Notes under the pieces: model-generated | The model's database searches: none | Seen by the model: only the letters and a program-made list of their open reading frames with translations | What the model was told of the DNA's origin: nothing | Part shown: piece by piece, positions 1-17,736 of the stretch | How positions within the stretch are numbered: the first letter of the stretch is position 1 | Layout of the letters: every line of letters starts with the position of its first letter | Assembly (NCBI RefSeq): GCF_902459465.1 | Contig: NC_047074.1 | Coordinates: forward strand, 620,001 to 684,000 | Reading direction: 5' to 3' | Length of the DNA stretch: 64,000 bases | DNA from: Asterias rubens | Lineage: Eukaryota | Translations under genes and position numbers: made by a program

Positions 1-380
1 TTGAACCCATAGTTCTCCCTTCAGTTTCGGATACAAATTTAATTATTATGTCAGTGTGCACTACACCAAATAGACCATAACCCGTGCGCCAAACTGGAAA
101 CATAATGGCTACCCTTAAAATCTTGTTGGTCAATGTTAGCACCGTTACCTTTTGATGTTCCGCTTTAACTTGGTCACTTGGCTTGATAAGGTGGAGGGAT
201 GCTTCATAAAACTGGCAGTTTAACGGTTTTGGGAAAAAAGGTTCGCTAATGCTTTTAGGGGGTAATTCGCCGAAATGGCAAACGGCTGACCTGCCAACAA
301 TATTAAAAAGAAATCTGAAGTTTAGTTGTCTGAATAGTAAGTAATAACTTTATTGGTTTACAATTAGAGGCTGGGCGACT

Positions 381-752
381 TTAAAGGAACACGTTGCCTT
401 GGACCGGTCGAGTTGGTCTTTGAAAAGCGTTTGTAACCGTTTTTTATAAAATGCATATGGGTAGAAAGACGTTGTAAAAGTAGAATACAGTGATCCACAC
501 AAACATGCCTCGCAATTGCACCGTTTTCCTTTTACCTCGTCGACTAACACGGTCGGCTATTAATTTTATGGGAGTCAATTGACTCCCATAAATGGACGAA
601 CGTGTTAGTTCGCACAGTAAAAGGAAAACCACGCAATTTCGAGGCAAACTTTGAGTGGATCAATGTATTCTACTTTTAAAACATCTTTCCAACAATATGC
701 ATTTTATAAAAAAGGGTTACAAACGCTTTTTATAGACCGACTCGTCCGATCC
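381..752. mobile_element. TTAA-AGG-type palindromic MITE, family A (Kolobok-like), right end truncated
   Basis: Begins ttaaaggaacacgttgccttgg and is near-identical to the copies at 13559-13886 and 16670-17045; long inverted arms; right terminus missing. TTAA target plus AGG...CCT termini is the Kolobok/T2-MITE signature. Confidence 0.8.
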
Positions 753-1222
753 ATTAATTTTTAGCAACCTGAGTATTGTTATTTTTTAAATAAAAAAAAA
801 AAGTAGCTAGAAAATCGTTATCGTTAATTTTCAATACCCAACAAACTGAACGAATACCCGAATGGCGCCACCTAGTGGTAAGAACAAATAATTATGGCTA
901 GAGTGCACTCGTCACTTTCGTTGACAAGACACTTCTTCAACACTGGCGTTCAGATGAAGCCACTTTGAATTATTTTACGTACACTTTAATACAGACAAGA
1001 GGCCCCAAACGAGGTTCAGTAAAATAAAAATGGAGACCCAGAGAGGATTTCCACCTCGTAATCAATCAATCAATAAATCTGTAAAAAATTTGAGGCGCAA
1101 ATTTATGGTAAAATCAGCCAAGAAAATGAGCCAAAATCTCTTTAAAAGTTTGCAATTGAAAATTTTCAAAATGGCTGCTAAGGGAATGAACTTCCCGAAT
1201 CATTAAGATACTCGATGGTCGA

Positions 1223-2250
1223 CTAGTTACTACTACTACTTCTTGGATTCTTCTGTATCCATTCAGTCCAGCCACCGGGGTAATGTCTTGCTCTGAGAAA
1301 AAAATGAAGAAGAAGTTAAAGAAGAACAATGAACAAACGTTTTAAAAACCATCAGAAAATCACAGGAAACAATTAACCATAAAATCATCAACCCAAATGA
1401 CCCGACGTCATCACAAAGATTAGGCCCACATGCTTTAGAAGAGTAATACAGCGCGCTGGATAAGTTTTAAAGACGTGCTCATTTCCCCAATTCTATTGGT
1501 ATACTTGAACTTGGATCTTGTTGAAGTCATTCTTTCAATGGTTTTTATAATTGTTTCAGGTCTGGAACTCCATCTGTTAGATGAGGGAAAGGCCGTTTTC
1601 ATTTTACAAAGGCAACTTCCATTGGATAATCTTGAAGGCTATGGGAAAGTACACCAAGGCCCAAACCTAGGCAACGGAGGCCTTGTTTTACCTAGGCCCT
1701 GTGGCGATTTAAAAAAAAAAAAAAAAAAAATGTTTACAGCCCTGAGCATTTCAGTATTATATAATAGGACGATTTGTTCTTTATCTATCAACTTCAAAAC
1801 TTACTTTGTGTAACCCAATGCCTTCGCTATATTTAGCGCCTTCAAACTCCGGTTGCCAATCCTACAGGTGAACACTACATTATCTTGTGTCTTTTGGGGT
1901 TTCGGATGCCCATATTTGGCAAGAAAGGCTTCGTCTGAAAGCTGGAGTGCCTCTTCTAATTCTGGAACTAAATAATTGAGGAGAAAACAAGCGAAAGGCT
2001 AGTTAATAGACTTTGGTTTTGAATGCATGATGGTATGGAGTGGTTTGGTAAAACAGGACAATGTTTGAATAGACGTACCTGGAACATGACATATATTCTC
2101 GATGATTGTTCCTGTCTGAGCTAACTCCGGAGCGTTCCGGACTTCAATGAGCTGCAAATCACCACTCTGTATTCGTTTGACTAGCCCATCGTAGTAAACA
2201 TTCTGCTCGTCTTCAAGTAACGGGGACTCCATCTTATCTCCTTTCTCCAT
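1223..2250 (-). CDS. Single-domain rhodanese / thiosulfate sulfurtransferase (TSTD1/TSTD3-like), paralog 1, about 134 aa, no targeting peptide
   Basis: Exons (minus) 2079-2250, 1805-1967, 1223-1292, GT-AG with matching phases. Translation includes LIEVRNAPE...CHVP, FTCRIGNRS (catalytic Cys loop) and ARHYPGGWTEW (rhodanese C-terminal signature). Confidence 0.92.
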
Positions 2251-3220
2251 CAACTCAAACTACTGTGGGGTGAAGATTATTCTGGGGTTCGTTTTGGCGG
2301 TCGTAACCAATAACTGTTTCCGTTGAATTGGCTATTATTATATATTGGATGATCACTGGCCAGTGACAGAAACAATTATTGGCTATACAGCCGCCAAAAC
2401 GCACTCCTGTCGGTTTCAATCTGCAAGATTATTTATTTTTTAGTAAGAGTGCCAACAGTGTCGGTATTACCACGCTCTATCGGCTTGAAATCCGGTGACT
2501 AAAACATTGACTTACTGTAATTTCTCGAGATTATTGTGTGTGAAACAGTTGGTGTACAACAATTACATAAGAAAAAGAACAAAGTATTTAGTTTTTAGAT
2601 AACAACTTATCGGCCCACTGTAAAGTCCACAGTCCACTCCAATTAATTTGTAAAGCTGCCATGCTTTCGAAACTTATGCACACAAAATTGCTGCATGGCT
2701 GCTTTCCCCGAGTGGATCTTGGGTCTCAGGTGAGGGGTGAAAGGGGCGGTGGTAGACTTGGTTCCAAGTCTCTGATCGTGGCTTTTAGTTGTCCTGATTA
2801 TAGCCGCTACAAACAGCGCCCTCTTGTATAGTCTATTCGTGGCTGGGATGCAGAGGAATAACCGCGGTCTAAGACTTGAATCAAGTCTAGTGCGGTGGGG
2901 GATATTGGGGCCTTTTTGTGTGTCCCCCCGCAGGGCGTGGTCATGGGTGGTAGTGCGAGTTGGGTCATTTTAACACCGTTCCCTAAGGATATGTTTACTC
3001 GACAATGTCCATAAGGCATGATACAGGGGTGGTATGGCTGACCAAAACATCTTTTGGGAACAGTCTCATTAGCACTGGAGTGGATCACAAAAAGCAGGAT
3101 TTCTTTAATAAGGAAAAACAATGGCCACCAGGCCGACTTGGAAAGTCTGGATTCAAATAAAAGTCTTGTGTTTCTCATCCCCGGATTTAGCCGTCTGACA
3201 AGGTTTTCGTTACTTGGACA

Positions 3221-3336
3221 GTTCGTAAGCAGCGGAGCGACTGGAACGGGAGACCACGCGCGCGAGTCCGCACGGCTTCGCCACTGCGTGCGTGGTCTCC
3301 CCTTCCCTCAGTCGCTCGGGATCGCGGCTCTACGAA
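3221..3336. repeat. GC-rich imperfect palindrome (probable short MITE)
   Basis: ttcgtaag..agcgactggaacgggagaccacgc pairs with gcgtggtctccccttccctcagtcgct..ctacgaa. Confidence 0.55.
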
Positions 3337-3828
3337 GCTACCCACGTCACGAAGGCATTGACAAAAGGCTACACTGGGTAGGTTTAAAGTCAAAAGGCAA
3401 CAGTGTGTCTTGGTCAACGACACAGTGAACTTCAGGGATTCAAACCCCTTCTACCCACTACAAAAACTTGCCGTGTTGCTCACAAACACAATACGTAACG
3501 ATAGTCATATTATTTCTCAGCAAATTTTTATTCATAATGTGTGTTGCATCGTTAAACGTTTCACTGCACACATAAACATAATGATTAAAATGGCGACGTG
3601 TTAACAGCGAATTGCACACACTATTAAAAAAGCAGTGCAAGGCTAAACAAAACAAAATGGAACGACCTATGCCGAAAACCTACCTATAGAAATCACAACC
3701 GGCGTGTGTGTACTGTTTACAAATCGTATCAGCGTGTCGAGATTGGTGGTGGGTCTATAGACTCTCGTTTGTCTGCTGCTGCGACTATAGGTCTTACCAT
3801 AGAGAAAGGATTCTGAATAGGTTCAAGG

Positions 3829-4491
3829 GTGACAATTACTGAACCCGCACATGACAGTATAATTCAGACAGTAAGTGAAGAAAGAGATCTTGGGGTAATC
3901 ATCCATCAGTCACTAAATGCAAGTACCCACTGTGCGAAGGCAGTCAAAAGCGCATTCAGAGCCCTGGGGCTAATCAACAGAACCATTACGAACAAAGACA
4001 AAACAACAATCATCAGACTGTACAAAGAACTGGTTAGACCACACCTAGATTACTGTGTACAGGCGTGGAGGCCTCATCTTCAAAGGGACATTGACCTAAT
4101 AGAAAGAGTGCAAAAGAGAGCATTGCGAATGATTGGAGGTCTATCTCACCTAGACTACGTTCACAGACTCAGGGAAGTGAAATTGACCACCCTGGAGTGC
4201 AGGAGGCTGCGAGGAGATCTTATCGAGACCTTTAAGATACTCAGGGGCCTTGAGGGCTTGAACCCTGAACACTTCTTTGATTTGTCAACCGTGCAGCACA
4301 GGGGTCACCAACTTAAACTGTACAAATCAAGATCCAACCTCAACCTCAGGAAGTTCTGGTTTAGCCAGAGAGTGGTCAACTACTGGAACATTCTCCCTCG
4401 AAAGGCAATTGAAGCTTCAAGTGTGAACATTTTAAAGGGACATGTGGACAAAGCGGAACAAAACACAAGTCTAGACCTACCGAAAATGTGA
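3829..4491 (+). mobile_element. 5'-truncated non-LTR retrotransposon (CR1/L2-type), C-terminal end of ORF2
   Basis: ERDLGV...LYKELVRPHLDYCVQAWRP...IERVQKRA...RRLRGDLIETFKIL...RGHQLKL...FSQRVVNYWN, the typical post-RT tail of CR1/L2-group LINE ORF2; the catalytic RT core is absent. Confidence 0.88.
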
Positions 4492-4753
4492 AGTAGAGAC
4501 TTGTTATGTTATTTTCCACACATTTTCAATGACTCATCAGCTTTTGAAAACATTAAATGACCACAACATGGAATTCGAACAGAGACCCAACGCTTCATCA
4601 GAATTAGCTCTTAGAGCTGATGAGAAGAAAACATTTCTTAACAATTGGCTTCTGATAAAACGACGATTGGAAACCATTCCGATTAAGTTATAAACAAATG
4701 AATCAAAGACATAATACATCAAACATTTAAAATATGAATTTCCATGACTAGCC

Positions 4754-4962
4754 TATTGACCCTTTGCACGCGTGTCACACGCGGCGACTGACGCCACGCT
4801 TCCCATGTTGGTGGGCAAGTTAGGTTAACGTGTCGCCTAAAACGCGCACTTCACTGCATAACGCACATCATACTCAATGCATAGAGTTATATATGAAATT
4901 GCCCACCAGTATGACGCATTCAAGACTTGTCTGATGATGACGTCAGGTGAAATGGGTCAATA
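4754..4962. mobile_element. Short TIR MITE
   Basis: Terminal inverted repeats tattgaccc...gggtcaata around about 190 bp of non-coding sequence. Confidence 0.55.
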
Positions 4963-5259
4963 AGATAGTTTGGCTGGTCGGTAATCTTCACTCGATAACC
5001 TGTGCTTAGCTAACTGCTTTATTTTAAAAAGCACCTTTTTAATAACGAAACTGTAATCAGCAGAAAGAAAACAAGGAAAAGAACAATAATTTTTGTTTAA
5101 CCCACAACCAATGCTATAACCCTCGACACAACCGCTTTAAAACCGATTAAAGTTCCATGAAAAACCTGATTATAAACTTTCAGTTTGAGCAGGTAAATTC
5201 TGGATTAAAATTTCAGTAACCAAGATTAGTTTGTTCTCCCGGAATCTTTCCAAAGTCCT

Positions 5260-8200
5260 CTACTCTTTAGGGGATGGCAGGTTGTTCATTCTGGCCCATT
5301 CCATCCACGCACCAGGATAGTGTCTCGCTCTGAAACAAAAAAACATGGAGTTGTGAAAAGAATCAATTGATTTAGTTTATAATGAAAAAAAAAAAACCCA
5401 GTCATGATGTAAAATACACTGTACACTGTTTTTCTTTTCGAATCTTCAAAGCATGAAATGGTCAGATGAGGTTTTGCGGTGACACCAAGTAAGAAATCTC
5501 TGTTGTGAGTAGTGGTGGCTCTGAGAAGAGCCGGTTTGTACTGCTCAACGTTTCGTTCTGTGTGATCTGACTGTCTAAGACATTATTTTCGACGCAGTGT
5601 TTTCATTGATGTGTAGTTCGCGAGATCGTTGAGCAGGTATAATGAATTTTTGAAGGCGGTAAAACTTCACGAAACTAAAATGATATTTTACTTACTTTTT
5701 GAATCCCATGTCCCTGGCGGTATTCCGTGCTGTCAGGCTCCGGATGCCTTTCTTACACGAAAAGACGATGTTTTCATCCGTCTTTTTAGGTTTAGGATGC
5801 CCATATTTGGCCTTGAAGTCCTCATCAGACAGTTTCAGCGCTGCCTCCACCTGCAGTACTGTAAAAAAGCAACAAGTGAAAAAATATTTAATTTATTTAA
5901 TTGGAATTATTTGAGACTGAAATGATACGTTTGTTCAAATCAGAAAACATACCGTTGCTCTCTGTCATTCTTGAATGTGGGCACAAAAAGACCGAAGTGA
6001 AACATCATAACTTCAGTCTCTCTCCGACATTCTTCTTGTTCTGACATCAGCTGCGTGAACTTTGTTTTCAAAATACGCTTAATAAATAATTAACTCAAGA
6101 CTTTGAACAGAAGTCAATTCGTTACATAAATGACTGTGGCTGACTACGGTGAAAGACTTGGTGGTCAAAGACAATCATAAAGAGTGTCGTCAGATACAAT
6201 CAATAAACCAATAACAGTGACAACATGTCAATGGCAACATATACTTTAAATAGTTATGGCGTACATCTAAAGCAACTTTTTGCAGATGGTAAATTTACTG
6301 CAATAATTATTGTGACAAAACTTGAATAAGGCAAATGTATATTATGCCAGATAAATTACGGCTGTAGCCTACAACCTTGTTAGCAAGGGACCCTTGCTAA
6401 AATGGCTCTCGTGTGAAAGGGGTTGTAGAATCACCTGGAATATGACAGACATTTGGTATGATGGTCCCAAACTCTTCAAGTTCCGATAGATCACGAACGT
6501 CAATCATCTGCATATCCCCGCTACGAATACGTCTGACCAACCCTTCATAGTAGACGTTATCCTCGTCTTCAACCTGAGCTTCTGTGCTAAAAGGGCGGGA
6601 AAACACTGGCGCCTTCAAGTTGGAAGTTTGTAGATCAGTTTGCCCTACACGTAAGAAAGATAAGAGCGTGTGAACAAAATTCTGAAAATATTCAAATATG
6701 CGAGAGTACAATATTCAGTAAATATAAAACTAAAGAATAAGTTACACGTGCTGACAAAACTTTGTTGATTTAACAAATGTGTTATAATTATACTTAAAAA
6801 AGAAAAGACTTAAAAACACATAAACGAAAATAATGTGTTGACAGTTTAAGTCTTTTGATTTTTCATACATTTCGTTGGTGCAAAAAAAGGCAGAATAAAG
6901 CCGACACGAAATATTATGCATGCACAGAGAGTTATTTTCAATCCTTTAATTCCAAAAGGCACAAGAACGACAAGGGTGTGGCGTTAAATGTGGCAAAACA
7001 GGGGGTTGTTAATCAATGTACAGTGTACACACCCGACAGAACAAGAAATTGGCAGACCAGACAGGACAAACAATTCAATGTTAACAATTCAAAACTTGAA
7101 CCCAAATTTGAGAGAAGTTTTGTGCCATGAGAGCGTTTACGATTCTTACATTTAAGCAGGGCCTTGTTGGAAGACACAGGGTGGAACTCTCTGCTCTGCC
7201 GGCTCGGCTGCGTGACTGTCACACTGAACAAACTTCGAACATTAACAAAAGACGAGAACAGGAAAACATTATAATTATGATAAATCTTTCGAAAGACACA
7301 ACGCAGTGAGGTGGCATGATTCTTCATTTTGTATACTTACCTCGCTTGAAATGAACGAAGAGTATAGTAATGACCTTCTTAGATGAAGTTGTGAACATAA
7401 ACGGCACCCTATCAGGTCATTAAAGACAATGGACACTATTGGTATTTGTCAAAGACCAGTGTTCTTACTTGGTGTATCTCAACATATGCATAAAATAACA
7501 AACCTGTGAAAATTTGAGCTTGATTGGTTGTAGAGGTGCGAGATAACTATGAAAGAAAAAACACCCTTGTTACACGAAGTTGTGCGCTTTCAGATGCTTG
7601 ATTTCGAGACCTCAAATTCTAAACTTGAGGTCTCGAAATCAAATTCGTGGAAAATTACTTCTTTCTCGAAAAGTACGTCACTTCGAAGGGAGCCGTTTCT
7701 CACAATGATTTATTCTATCAACCTCTCCCCATTACTCGTTAGCAAGTGAGGTTTTATGCTGATAATTATTTTGAGTAATTACCAATAGTGTACACTGCCT
7801 TTAATGAGGTATATGCATAACAGGTCATACTGCAGAAAGTTCAGGCTTGAGGCTTGATATGAAGGTCTAGTCGTATATCTCGGCTCTAATTACAAAGGTC
7901 AGTCATCGAGACAAGGTCGGCACTGATCATTGTAAAGTCAGGTGTGTGAGTGCGCTGGACAGTGCCCGTATGGCCTAGCCTTGTCTACGTCAGGACATTT
8001 TTAATGGCCTGACGTATACTAGGAAAAACTATTATGTTTGCATTTAAAGCAAATAATGAGACGAAGCGAATAAGATTGCTATGGCCATGACCACGGCTTC
8101 CTTCATTTTACCAAGTGAAGCATAATCAAGGCACACAGCCATGTTCTGTCCATCCAGTGAAATAAGAAGCCAAATAATGGCCTCTATATACATGTGCTGG

Positions 8201-8797
8201 TGTAAAGTGTGTACTGCAGGGCGGGGCGAGGATGATGTTGCGGGCGCGCGGGGATATGAAACTTAGAGGTCTCAGATAGCCTTGATCAAGGCGCTACAGC
8301 CAGCCGCGACCTGCAAAATCCCAGTCCCCATCACTGAATTCCGCCAGCGCACCCCCCATACATAACACAGTGCATATAATACGTGTACAGCGTATGTACA
8401 CACACATACTACTGTACATACACATTACCATCTGTATGGTACACATACGGTACATGAGTATTTCTATTAACTTAGCCACGTGTGCGAGGTTGAAAGTAGA
8501 AAGACACGACCGTACTCACGACTTCGCTATACTGTTCTCGCTGTACAATGTACTGTACATACAATGTACTGTATGTGTGTGTGTACGTTATTCGTGTACG
8601 TATGCACAGCGTGCAGACTGCCGAATTGTGCCGCGCCGGGCCGGGGCACACTACGCCAACAGCCTTGAGTCAAGGCTAGGTCTCAGACGGAAGTCGACTT
8701 TACTCGTTTGCAAACAACATACTTACCTGCGAGTTCTTGTCACTGTGTTGCTAAATCGTGCAGCCGTTGCAGCACGAAATATCGATACGGTAGCCAT
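5260..8797 (-). CDS. Single-domain rhodanese (TSTD3-like), paralog 2, about 195 aa, with mitochondrial-type presequence
   Basis: Exons (minus) 8727-8797, 7150-7223, 6435-6644, 5696-5858, 5260-5329; phases 2/1/1/2 match and total 588 nt. N-terminus MATVSIFRAATAARFSNTVTRTRS is rich in R/A/T/S with no acidic residues; catalytic loop FSCKKGIRS; C-terminal ARHYPGAWMEW. Confidence 0.88.
5470..5580 (-). mobile_element. Penelope-like pLTR fragment with degenerate hammerhead remnant
   Basis: Same family as 58005-58275, 60498-60723 and 61078-61188 (shared ggttt.gcggtgacacca end and gagtagtggtggctctgagaagagcc); the minus strand retains GAAACGTTGAG. Confidence 0.55.
7420..7804. mobile_element. TTAA-flanked MITE, family B (Kolobok-like)
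   Basis: ttaaagacaatggacactattggt...tagtgtacactgcctttaa; shared body with copies at 9629, 13963, 46342 and 58399. Confidence 0.85.
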
Positions 8798-9450
8798 GTT
8801 TGCTTGAATTTGAGTTGGTAAATAACGTAAGTCTCACTCCAACGGCAAAGCGACGGCACCCAGATATTACTGCCACACTGAAGTCAAGTTCTTCTTAGTA
8901 TGTCTAGTCTGAGTAGGCGTATTTTACTTTTTACTGCGCGCACAAGGCCTGATCAACCAATGGGAGCTTAGATCAAACATAGCAACAGAAGTTAAAGTCA
9001 AATCTTGGGCACGTTCGTCCAATGACTGTTTCGGTGTTGAGTAGGCAATGCATGACCGAAACAGTGACCATATTCGCACCATTGCACGAATGAAAAACAT
9101 TCATTATTTGTTTTATATATTAACATCCAAGTAGATCTTTGAGGTGGAGGGGGCAGCCAGCGGGCAAAGAACTTTTTCAGTCACAGCCAGACAGACTTAA
9201 TCCGGTGATAAATTTTTTTTTTCTGTTGACACTATAACCCCCATTTATCAGACGACTCTGAGCCTATAGTGTGTTTTTATCTTTAGTGTCCCATGTTACT
9301 TAGTACGCACTTGGTTCAAAGTCCGCCCGATTAGTATACATTGTTCCGGGGGCGGACTTGCTCGTTTTGGGTTTGAGTCCCCCGTTTTGGGTTTGAGTCC
9401 CCATTCTGCAACCACCAAAAAAGTGACGCCATTTTGTGACTTATGCCGCC
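8798..9450. promoter_or_regulatory. Putative bidirectional promoter between rhodanese 2 (-) and the SDR (+)
   Basis: The two start codons are 653 bp apart, head-to-head. CpG-richer sequence, CCAAT boxes (about 8957, 9019), GC box gggggcggac (about 9348) and a 21-bp direct duplication cgttttgggtttgagtcccc (about 9364-9403). Confidence 0.55.
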
Positions 9451-13511
<4,061 letters not shown>

Positions 13512-13558
13512 TATTTGTTAAAACTTCTAGGAGATTAAGCTACATCTTTGCTTTTTGC

Positions 13559-13886
13559 TTAAAGGAACACGTTGCCTTTAATCGGGTCGAGTTGGTCTTC
13601 GAAAAGCGTTTGTAACCGTTTGTTAGAAAATGCATATGGTTAGAAAGATGATTTAAAAGTAGAATACAATGATCCACACAAAAATGCCTCGAAATTGCAT
13701 GGTTTTCCGTTTACTTTACGAACTAACACGGTCGGCCATAAATGTGTTAGTCGATTAGTAATATTTGTGTGGATAATTTTATTCTACTTTTAAAATATCT
13801 TTCTAATCATATGCATTTTATAACAAATGGTTAAAAACGCTTTTCAAATACCAACTCGGCCGATCCAAGGCAACGGGTTCCTTTAA
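13559..13886. mobile_element. MITE family A (Kolobok-like), both termini present
   Basis: ttaaaggaacacgttgcc ... ggcaacgggttcctttaa; TTAA on both sides. Confidence 0.88.
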
Positions 13887-13962
13887 CCAAGAGTGAGGGC
13901 GACAGACTACTATTTTGTCGTTATGATAAAAGTAAAAAATAGAATTAACACAAACAAACGAG

Positions 13963-14341
13963 TAAAGGCACTGGACACTAATTACTCAAAATAATTTTTA
14001 GCACAAAACCTTACTTGGTAATGAGTAATGGAGAGCTGTTGATAGTAAAAATCATTGTAAGAAACAGCTCCCCAGAGGCAACGTAGTTTTTGAGAAAGAA
14101 GTAATTTCTCACTAAAATAATTCATTGAATTTGATTTCGAGACCTCAGCTGGTTACATCCTGAAAGCACAACTTTGTATGACAATTACAAGGGTGTTTTT
14201 CTTGCATTATTATCTCGCAACTTCGACGACCAATTGAGTTCAAATTTTCACAGGTTTGTCATTTTGTGCATTTCAATATGTTGAGACACCAAGTGAGACT
14301 GCACTTTGACAAGTATTACTAAAGATGTCTAGTGTTTTTAA
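13963..14341. mobile_element. MITE family B copy (diverged)
   Basis: aaaggcactggacacta...gatgtctagtgtttttaa with the family-B body. Confidence 0.75.
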
Positions 14342-14829
14342 TCAAGTGAGGGCGGCATACTGATATTTTGTCATTGTGACATAATGTAACAAATAAAATG
14401 AAACAAACCGCAAGTAATCACAACAATGAAGTAATCATTGACAATTAATACTTTTAATACATTAACAGGCATCCCCCACAGTGACGACTTAAAATGCTTT
14501 AAACAAAGGTCATCCTTGTGTTTTGTTTTCGGCGAGAACAAAACTTGTTCGCTCGGCCCCAGCAGCCAGTCTATATCCAGGACCTTTAGTTAAAGCAAGG
14601 CGCTGGGGACGAGCTAGACTGGGCCCCTGTCTTTCACTCTAACCATACACGCCAGTTTTGCAATTTTTGAGGCCGGTCTCTGGCGTTATTCACGAGCCTC
14701 GAAGAATGACGTCAGACATTCAGGCTTGGGACGCGCGAACAAAACTTGATGCCTCTTTTGAACACTAGAGGGCGGCATACCAAGTGATGTTGATTGTCAC
14801 CGAATGAAGATCGTGACAAGAGGGTAGGG

Positions 14830-14900
14830 GTACCCGAGTCAACTCGTACCCGAGTCAACGCGTACCCGAGTCAAATCGTATCCGAGTCAACTCGTACCCG
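14830..14900. repeat. 16-bp tandem repeat (gtacccgagtcaactc) x about 4.4
   Basis: Directly visible array about 300 bp upstream of the SERP1 ATG. Confidence 0.9.
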
Positions 14901-15199
14901 GTACTTTGATGAAAATTGTATAAAGTTACGTTAAAAACAATCAAATGAATATAAAACAGTTAAATTGAATCTAAAATTATATCATGTTTTAAGTAGAAGT
15001 TGTTATGGAGCGAAATACATTTTAGTCTGAAAGGCACTACTTTCAATCGGATGAATATTACTTTAATGCGTTCAGTGGTTCGACCTTTGACCCAAGTGGA
15101 TTACGCTTTTTGCTACGTGGATAAAAAATTGCTGCCAAAGTTACGGCTATTGCCTTATTATTTCCGAAGATCTTCGACCAAAAACAACCAAAACAAATC

Positions 15200-17736
<2,537 letters not shown>

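Noticed and set aside
2807-3428. Overlapping 120-aa ORFs on both strands
   Set aside because: No recognisable domain or splice context; they span a GC-rich palindromic repeat.
7549-7749. ORFs such as MKEKTPLLHEVVRFQMLDFETS... (also 46358-46633)
   Set aside because: Chance frames within family-B MITE copies; no transposase motifs.
8294-8807. 145-aa ORF and neighbours in the tac/atg-rich stretch
   Set aside because: Degenerate simple repeat in rhodanese-2 intron 1; the real coding exon here is the 71-nt minus-strand presequence exon.
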